Below are positions 54,717 to 64,000 of a stretch of DNA of 64,000 nucleotides, in pieces. This stretch comes from Octopus sinensis (lineage: Eukaryota): the NCBI RefSeq assembly GCF_006345805.1, contig NC_043014.1, positions 19,406,001-19,470,000 of the forward strand, written 5' to 3'. Position numbers and translations under genes: made by a program. A model generated the notes under the pieces. That model had not been told where the DNA came from and did no database searches. It saw only the letters and a list, made by a program, of their open reading frames with translations. Within the stretch, counting starts at the first letter, position 1. Each line of letters starts with the position of its first letter.

Positions 54717-54945
54717 GCGGCGAGCTGGCAGAAACGTTAGCACGTCGGGCGAAATGCTTAGCGGTATTTCGCCTGCCGTTACGTTGTGAGTTCAAATTCC
54801 GCCGAGGTCGACTTTACCTTTCATCCTTTCGGGGTCGATAAATTAAGTACCAGTTACGCACTGGGGTCGATGTAATCGACTTAATACCTATGTCTGTCCT
54901 TGTTTGTCCCTTCTATGTTTAGCCCCTTGTGGGTAATAAAGAAAT
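54717..54945 (+). mobile_element. SINE family A, best-preserved copy, with Deu/Nin-type central domain
   Basis: gcggcgagctggcagaaacgttagc..gagttcaaattcc (B box)..cctttcatcctttcggggtcgataaattaagtaccag. Possible TSD ggtatacaa (54699 / 54947). Confidence 0.85.
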
Positions 54946-55440
54946 GGGTATACAAACATACTCTGCCATTACCAACCTTTATGAACATGGTTGCTAGGGA
55001 TAATGACATATTAAGAATAGAAATCCCTGCAACTGCTCTTTAACAATCTCACTCTACTAACCACCCTTGTTAAACAGTTTGTAATCCTACCAAATTTACA
55101 TTTCTTAAATGTCGAGAATTCTAATTAAACATTTCTCTTGTCGATGATACGTTGATTATTCAAAATGTCACTGCAGTTTGGTTATTTGGTTCGCCTGATG
55201 AGTCGAGAATTGCAAGCGTATTGTAAACGTTGTGTAGACTGCATACCCAACAGTACAATGCCTACATCGCAATAAGACTCTTAACAGAACAATTGTAGTA
55301 ATATCAGAAATCCATTCGTCTATATACTTTGCACGTAACAAGTACTCGCGTTGTTGCCTTTTTTCTTGTCTTTTCTTCGTTTTGGGGGGAGGATTAACTA
55401 TATATATATATATATATATGTATGTATATATATATATATA

Positions 55441-55507
<67 letters not shown>

Positions 55508-55588
55508 AAAGAGAGGTGGGACTCAAGCATGACCGCAGTTAAATGACTGAAAGAAGTAAAAGGATAAAATAATAAAAGATATATACTC

Positions 55589-55676
<88 letters not shown>

Positions 55677-55967
55677 AAATATATATATATATAATTATCA
55701 AATTAGAGAGAAAACCACTATTAGGCAAATCAAACAGTGAAAAACATAAGCCAATACATAAAATTAATTTAAAAATATAAAAGTTAAAAATAAAAAATTA
55801 TTAAAATAATTTAAACTTATCAATTTTATATATATATACAAATATATATATATATGTATGTATGTATATTTTTATATTTATATATTATTTAATTTATTAA
55901 TTAATTTATTTACTTAATTTTTTTCTTTTTAAATATATCAAAAGTATTAAAAGATAAAGAGTAAAAC

Positions 55968-56058
55968 ACTACGATCGTGTCATGGTTGTACCAATTCGAA
56001 TAACAATAATTTAAATTCAATTAACAATTCGAGTTATAGTTACAGTCAATCTTCAGGT
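55968..56058 (-). ncRNA. Degenerate hammerhead motif in a very AT-rich element (about 55690-57110)
   Basis: ac-CTGAAGA-ttgactgta..tacaaccat-GACA-cgatcg-TA-gt. Palindromic ACGATCGT stem III; GAAA mutated. Confidence 0.45.
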
Positions 56059-57230
56059 TAATTGAAATATTTTAAAAATAATCAGAAATATTTAAACAAT
56101 GTTTTTAAGATATAAATAATATAATAATTTTACTTATAATAAACTCTATTATCAAACTAGAAACTTAAATCTTAACAATTATGATTATATCAAAATCGAT
56201 TATAATGTTAAATATTAACCCACCAATAATCTAAAATCGGCAAATAGTCTATATCTAATTACATAATTTTTTTTTTTTAATGACTATTATATATAAATTA
56301 TCAATGAAAATATATAAATATATATAAATATTATAATTAAGATCTAAAATAATCTCTATAAATAAATATAGATGCACATATAATAAAAACATAATAAATT
56401 AATTTTTCATATTTAAAGATGAAATAGCTAATTTCAAAAATACAAACAAACAAACTTAAACGAACTTTCGGAAATCGTATGTAAAATACTTATAGAAATA
56501 ATCATTTCGTAGTTATATAGTATCGAATAAATACTATAAATACTATAAATGTAATTATCAATGGGAATAACTAGCGAATATCAATTCAAAAAGACAATAA
56601 CTAAGTTATGCTATTAAGTTAGACATGGCCTGGACCAATCTTTAGTCGAAACATATCTAAGTTTATCAAAGTTTATCTAATTTTAATTATAAGAAATTTA
56701 AAACTACAATTAATACTATTAATACATGTATATACAAAAGCCTAACTTTAGACACCTCGTATACTTACTATCAAACAACAAATCTATCGCTAAGTAGTAT
56801 CTTACGAATAAACTTAAATTTAATATCTAATAATATAGAAAATTACGATAATTAGATCATTACATAAACAACGATATTTACATAAGGAAAATATTATTAC
56901 ACCAAAGACTTATAAAATATTATAATTTACAATTTAAAGATCTTAAATATAAATAAATACTTATCTTAGCGAGGTTTTGTAATGAACTAAAATTTTGAAT
57001 CAGAAAACGTCTTTACAGCGTTTATAAGAATACTCGTGGTATTACGTTATTAGCAATAAAAGAATAAATTGTTGAAGAATTCATTAAGCGTGAGGAACAA
57101 ATACGCTTTATCAATGTATGTATGTATAAAGTTAATCCAAACATGAATACACAAAGAGAAACACAACAACGCGAGGACGTGGAACAAATATAGTATTATT
57201 GGACGCTCAAGAAAGAAGGAAAGAAGGAGG

Positions 57231-57265
57231 GTTTAACGTTTCGAGCGGAGCTCTTCGTCGGAAAC
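57231..57265 (-). ncRNA. Minimal hammerhead motif, U4C core variant
   Basis: gttt-CCGACGA-a-gagc-tcc-gctc-GAAA-cg-TT-aaac. Confidence 0.65.
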
Positions 57266-57667
57266 ATAGGAGAAGGAAAGATCCAGAGAAGGTGGTGCCC
57301 CAGCATGGCCGCGGCCTGCGGGCTAATACATTTTAAAGGATTTAAGGATTTAAGAAGGGAAGACGGAGGAAAAAAATCGCCAACGGTACACACGCGGTCG
57401 TATATATATACTGACTAATGGGTGTATGTCGATTACTGTGTTGTAGTGTTGAGTAGAACACTGGCAGAGTTTGGGCTACCTGGTGTCATTTGCAGTCGGG
57501 GTATATTTCCGTTGGATCTACCTCATGAACTCTGCAGTGTTATTTGAGATAATAATAGTAACAACAACAACAACAACAACAATAATAATAATAATAATAA
57601 TAATAACAACAGCAATAACAACAACAACAACAATAATAATAATAATAATAAAATAATAATAACAACC

Positions 57668-57714
<47 letters not shown>

Positions 57715-58068
57715 TATAATTTCCTAAGTAGCCAGAAGATGGAGTTGGTATTAATCTTCATTTTGTATAACGGTCGTTTTGACCCAACCTGCTACAGACA
57801 ATTTTGCCTGCATATATACACCTTTCCCATCCTTTTTCCAGTATCATTCTTTTGTCTTAAACGCAATCTAGCTCAATCCATCCCTGTCCATCAACTCACT
57901 TCCTCTACAATTTTTTTCTTTTAAAAAAAACAGTTATTTCTCTATATTTACAGATGTTTGCAATTTTTATTATGGAAAGATAATAGTAATTGAAAATTGT
58001 AGCAATGTTTTATTCCCTAACCCAGATGAGCATATAATATATAAAGAAGACACGACTCAATGTATGGG

Positions 58069-58173
58069 TGTACCTGATGAGACCCAGTTGCACAATGGAT
58101 GCAACTCAACATGTTCAACGCAGTCCAACGGATAAGGAACAATAATAGGATGGGTCGAAACAACTGTTGTACA
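58069..58173 (+). ncRNA. Hammerhead ribozyme (type I), canonical core, long loop II
   Basis: tgtac-CTGATGA-gaccca-(64 nt)-tgggtc-GAAA-caactg-TT-gtaca. Its 3' half and tail are repeated inverted at 57720-57786. Confidence 0.8.
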
Positions 58174-58745
58174 AAATCAAGATTAATACCAAATGCATCT
58201 TCTGGTTACTAGAGAAAATTATTATCATTATAATAGAAGAAGAAGAAGAAGAAGAAGAAAGAGAGAGAAGAAGAAGAAGAAGAAGAAAGAAGAAGAAGGA
58301 AGAGGAGGACGACGACGACGACGACAACGAGAAGAAGAAGAAGAAGAAGAAGAAGAAGAAGAAGAAGAAGAAAAAAGAAGAAGAGAAGGAAGATGAAGAA
58401 GAAGAAGAAAAAAGAAGAAGAAAAGAAAGAAGAAGAAGAAAAAAGAAGAGAAACAAGAAGAGAAACAAGAAGAAGAAGAAGAAGAAGAAGAGAAGAAGAA
58501 GAAGAAGAAGAAGAAGAAGAAGAAGAAGAAGAAGAAAATATAAATGTAAAAATAAATACAAAAATTAAGACAGAAATTGAGAACGGCTGGGAAAAGGAGT
58601 GTTAAGAACATCATAAACAAAGAAATGGAATATTTTGGAGTGGTCAGTACACTGTTGACTTGTTAGAAGGTGACCAGCGAGGTGGCGGATGATTTCAGGT
58701 CACCTATTCATTCAGTTCTCATACATGGTATGATGTACACACGAG

Positions 58746-58788
<43 letters not shown>

Positions 58789-58950
58789 ACACACACACAC
58801 ACACACACAGACAGGCATAAGCACATACATACATACATATATTCAAATATACAAATATATGGATAAACATACACACATATATACAGATTTACACCACATA
58901 TACACTGCTACAGACAAATCTGCATACAAACATACGTGCATTTATATATT

Positions 58951-58988
<38 letters not shown>

Positions 58989-60199
58989 TATATATATATA
59001 CAAGAGAGAAAGAGACATACAAACACACATAAACACATATGTATGCATATATATATATACATACATACATATACATACATAATACACATACTAATATACC
59101 TACAAAACTCTTAACCTTTAAACCTTTGTATGTACACATGCATATATGTATACCTATACACACACACCTGTACATACCTAAACACATATACGCACACAGA
59201 CACATATACATATCCCATTACACCCCCCCCCACACACACGCATGAATTCACAGATGACTGTGCTAGCGTACTTATCTGCTCATGCATTGGTATGTATGTA
59301 TACATAAACATGCAATTGTATTTTGTTTTTATATATATTGTTTTGTTACCTAGATTTTTTGCTATTTAAGCAACCAGTAAAACACATTTTTCAGTTTGTA
59401 AACAGCTCCATTTGGATCTTGAAACTCATAACAGAGTAACTCGCTGTAAACATAATTATTGAAATAAAAATTGTCCCCACCAAAAAGCCATCTCTACTCA
59501 TTTTTTCAAACATGTATATATATATGTATGTGTGTGTGGTATGTGTGTGTGTGCGTGCGTGCGTGTGTGTGTGTGTGTGTGTGTGTGTATCTGTATGTGT
59601 GTCTGTGCCTTTAACTTCCCGGCACATCTCCTCCTAGCCAACAAATCGTAGAACCACCAAAAATGGGTCACTTAAAGTTTAGGCGAATGAAAATTGAACT
59701 GCGCTATTTCTGTTCCAAAATTCATCTCGCAAGTGCAAAAATCGATAATGTGTATGCTTAGGCCTTATCCCATGCATTGAATAGTGAACTTTACTCAGTC
59801 AGCTGTTTGACGTGAACTGTGTTCACCACGTAGCAAGCATGCGTAAATTGCATGAAAAATAAAAAATCAAGATATAAAAACGAATCGCCGTAATCATTGT
59901 AGAAATTCGGCAAAGAAACGAATTTTTGGGATGTAGCCTGGAGGGTTTTTTCGTATTAATCGTTTGGACTTTGTGAACACACCAATTGTTTTCATAAAAT
60001 TTTTAATGCTTTGAATTAAATGTGACCATTTTGCGTTGAGTCTGCAGTTTGAATCACTTTAACCAAATTTTAGCAGGCCAGATTTTTGATCATCACGATA
60101 CATCGCCAGCGACCTCCCTGAAATTCTCCCTTGAAATCCCCGTTGAGAAATCTATTATATATATATAATAATACTTTCAATGGGAATCCTGAGAAAGCG

Positions 60200-60239
60200 T
60201 AAAAGTAATTATCCGATGAACGATGGGTATTACTGCTAG
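60200..60239 (+). mobile_element. Possible Helitron 3' terminus
   Basis: ccgatgaacgatgggtattactgCTAG|T resembles the 18737-18764 terminus. The 5' end was not identified. Confidence 0.4.
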
Positions 60240-60289
60240 TAAATATATAAAATATAACATATACGTTTAGATAAATGTATATGTATATA

Positions 60290-60340
<51 letters not shown>

Positions 60341-60629
60341 TATTATATATATATATATTATATATAATACATATATATGTATGTATAGTATATATATGTG
60401 TGGTGTGAGTGTGTTTGTGTATATATGTACATATATGTAAAACTTAGATAAAACTTAGATATGTTTCGCGACCAGAGATTGGTCCAGGCCATGTCTAACT
60501 TAATAGCACCACCTGATAGGATTATTCGAATCCTGTTTTAGTCAAGTTTTGTTCAAGTAGTGAGTTCTTGTTGGGTGAGTTGTATACAGTTTTGTTCAAG
60601 TAGTGAGTTCTTGTTGGGTGAGTTTAATC

Positions 60630-61850
60630 CAATTATGGGTGGCTTGTCTGGTATTCTTTGAAGGAATCTATCCAGACTCTGTTTGAAGTGATGGATCCTT
60701 TTCCTCTTTGATCTCCCTCGGGACAATGTTAATAGGGCAGGGCCTGTTGAGGAAAGAAATTATGTTGCAGTGTACATGTATGTTGTGATCTTGAATTTGG
60801 CAGGGGACGTATAGCCCGTGGTCCAATCTCGGATGAACCTTGAAGCTAATGTTTAGGTCGTTTGGGCAAAGTTTGGCGGTATATTTTTCCACATCGTACA
60901 AATGATGTACCGCTCACGGCCGACGCTGGAGGGAGTAAAGTTTCAAGGCTTTAAGGCGATCCCAATAGTCGAGAGCTCCCTGCCTTCAATTTGTTTTAGT
61001 GAGAGCCCTCTGGGGGTGACTCAATTCTGGAGATGTTTTGTCTTGTGTGAGGAGACCACAGTGGGCAGCATGTATTCAAGGTGTGGCCGTACAAAGGATG
61101 AAAAAAGTGGTATGATGACACACCTTGTTCTCTGGACCGGAAAGTTCTTAAGATCCAGGAACTCATCCTACGAGCTGTATCGACCTTCTTTTGATGTGTG
61201 CGCTCCAACTGAGATCGTCATAACAATTACACCCCAGGTCTCTGATATGTTAGAGGCTGTGAGCGGTTCCCCTGAAGGAAGAGAGTATGGTTGCTTTAGT
61301 GAGGAATTTCTTCCAAAATGCATCAGCTCAAATTTTCCCTCATTCAGTTGCATTTTGTTTCTGTCTGCCCATTGACTCACAGCATATAGGTCAGACTGGA
61401 GTTGAGTTCGGTCTGCTTCTTCATTGACGATTTGCTGGAGCTTAGTGTCATCAGCGAATATTTCACTTTGCAGTGATGTCGACCTGGAAAGGTCGTTTAC
61501 ATAAATTATGAAGAGTAGCGGACCAAAACAGTTCCCTGGGGAACACCGCTGGTGACTTTTGCTGGGTTTGAGTGGACTCCATCAACTACAACATGTTTGT
61601 TTTCTATTCTCTAGAAATACTGAATCCAGTGTAGAACTTTTCCACGGATTCCAACATTTGCCAATTTGAGAGTAGGATGTTATGGTCTACCCTGTCGAAC
61701 GCTTTACTGAAGTCAAGGTATATGACGTCAGAGTTCGAACCTGTTCCCAAGCTTGAGTACATCTTCAATGTGGTGTAAGAGCTGTGTTAGACAGTCCCTG
61801 CCACAGCGAAAGCCATGTTGATTTGAATTTAGGAGTTTGTGGGTCTCCAG
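60630..61850 (-). pseudogene. CR1/L2-like LINE reverse transcriptase, frameshifted
   Basis: DVIYLDFSKAFDRVDH, SGVPQGTV(fs)GPLLFIIYVND, FADDTK, WADRNKMQLNEGKFELMHFG. Confidence 0.9.
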
Positions 61851-61989
61851 GAAGTCAGCTATCCTTGATCTTAACACTCTTTCAAACACTTATGTTTATA
61901 AATATATCGATAGGCAGACAGGCAGATAGACAGACAGACATATATATAGATAGACAGGCAGACAGGCAAATAGATAGATAGATAGATAT

Positions 61990-62103
<114 letters not shown>

Positions 62104-63956
62104 GGACAGATAGCTAGATATATAGATAGACAAACTTTAAAAATATATTATTATCAAATATTATATGATTTGAGATATTTCTGCAATAAAGTAAAATGTG
62201 ATAAAAATGCGCAAAAGTGATGAGGTTCGAAGAGATTTATCATTATAGTGAGAGAAAAATGAATATTGTTGCACTTTCATATAGGGAGCCAACGATTAGT
62301 TATTTACGTCTCTAAATGAAGTCGTTATTTTCCCTTGGTTATTTAGAATTCTGACAGTGTGCGATGACATTTTCATGTACTTACTCAAACGTGCAAAACG
62401 CAGATTTTTGCTAACACACAGATACTGACTGACATTCTCATTACCATCGACATGTGTATGTGATTGTGTGCATGAAACTGCGAGTACCTGTGTGCCTGTA
62501 CATATATATGTGTGTATGTGTGTGTGTGTGTCTGTGTGCGTGCGTGTGTGTTTGGGTAAGTGTGCTTATTTATCCAATTTTGTTTATAAAGCAATACGAA
62601 ATACTAAACACCTGCCAACATTTATCTCTCATATATACCATATAAATTTACTGCAATAAAAACAAAAGCTTTGATCCCTTTAAGTCATACCCTACGATGT
62701 CGATAAATTAAAGACCCTCCTGTAGTCTAAATTTTGCGGTGGTACAGGATTGGCGAAACTAAAATACAATATTATGATAAGTTTCTGTCCGTCCATGGAG
62801 AGGTAAGGTTAAACCACATTTTCCAATTAAAAGGACAACTTCCAACCATTTACTCAATGATAACGATGCCAATTAATTCAGAATGCTTACAGGTTATATT
62901 AATTATGATAAATTTACAGTGAACTCGTGGGGGTGTTTTACAAGCTGAAAAAATTGCAATTATACGGTTTAAAAGATTTTATCAATGTTGCCCTGTAGCC
63001 CCGCAACATCTAGCGTGTTAACGGCGTGAATATCACACATTCTTTGTGTATGAGTGTGTATACACACACATATATATATATATGCGGCAGGTTTCTTTCA
63101 CTTTCCGTCTACCAAATCTACTCCCTAAGCTTTGGACGACTGTTATTGAGCAATGTCAGGTTATGTTTCTTCTGTTTTTGTGTCTTTCTTCTTGTGTGAA
63201 ACAAGTGTTTTTGTATAACAGGTCTTATCTTTAAATTGAATTTTAACCAAGTTTCCATTGTAATATCAAGATGCATACTGAAAAAAATCCTAGCAATTAT
63301 CCGTAATGTAAGATAGCCTAGTTCAAATTACAGTCATCGATATTTATAGTTAAGACTAAGCAACCTCACAGTCCGCATACTATAGTAGTGATATGACCTT
63401 TCTGTTTAACCAGTGTGGATTAAATTGTTTCGGCCAATAGCAACGTTGGGATTCATGCTTTTTCGGTTTTTATTGGTTCAATTTTCGCTTTTCTGTCAGC
63501 TCGTAGAATCATAACAGATATATAACTGTTTCATTATTTCACTGACATATGGCGGCGAGCTGGCAGAAACTAATATACATAAGGTGTTTAGAATATCCCT
63601 GAATAGATTATTGTTTAGTGTTTCATTAGATTTGTGGTACGCTTAATAAATTGAATAAGTGAGATCCAGGAAACAGCCAAAGAACTTCTGATGGTTAATC
63701 AAAAATCCAATTAAATAATTTTACTGAAATGGAGTTGCCGTATTTTAAATATAATTGAGTTACATGTGAAACACAGAGAATATTACTTATGATCTTTCAT
63801 GAATGAAAATGTATCCTGCAAATGTCTCATAACAGCCGGAATATACACTGCAGCAATGGAAATGACACCCGGAGAATGTCGAATCCCCAAGCACATAAGG
63901 ACTAGGGAGCACCAGCTCAGGCTGTTGCTGGATTTCTCGAGTTAAATCCTGCTTAC

Positions 63957-64000
63957 CGTGTTCTCTTCACTCCGGAACCGTCTGGTTGATGGTTCGTGCT
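63957..64000 (-). CDS. Candidate exon end running off the window
   Basis: GC-richer unique sequence ending ACG|gtaagc; open frame HEPSTRRFRSEENT ends in phase 0. Confidence 0.3.

Noticed and set aside
55690-57110. Extremely AT-rich block as a mitochondrial insertion
   Set aside because: No recognisable mitochondrial gene, rRNA or tRNA. It carries a decayed HHR and a dispersed repeat, so it is more likely retroelement-derived.
56609-60508. ~60-bp segment in two inverted copies (56609-56670, 60445-60508) with hairpin-GAAAcataTC
   Set aside because: The repeat is real, but no CUGANGA-like core is found, so it is not called a ribozyme.

Overview
AT-rich, microsatellite-saturated animal genomic DNA. 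The repeat families suggest an octopus or other coleoid cephalopod (inference from recalled repeat families, not from a search). Almost all ORFs in the supplied track are microsatellite artefacts. The recognisable content is decayed non-LTR retrotransposons (R4/Dong-like, R2/NeSL-like, CR1/L2-like), mariner/Tc1 transposase relics and MITEs, Helitron pieces, several tRNA-derived SINE families, two local tandem duplications and a 100-N gap. Two short exons with strong splice signals (8733-8812, 8518-8563) look like the 3' end of a minus-strand host gene. The most striking hidden signal is a dense set (about 15) of short elements, several sequence families among them, each carrying a type I hammerhead ribozyme (HHR) with the short, often palindromic stem III typical of Penelope-like-element (PLE) pseudo-LTRs. 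Many sit in fold-back or inverted-repeat insertions beside (TA)n tracts. Their catalytic cores vary systematically: canonical CUGAUGA, compensatory U3:A8 and G3:C8 swaps, U4C, A6U and an extra purine after A9. One HHR is fused to a tRNA-derived head, and one sits in a perfect 274-bp palindrome, giving a ribozyme on each strand. All folds were derived by eye and none has been tested.
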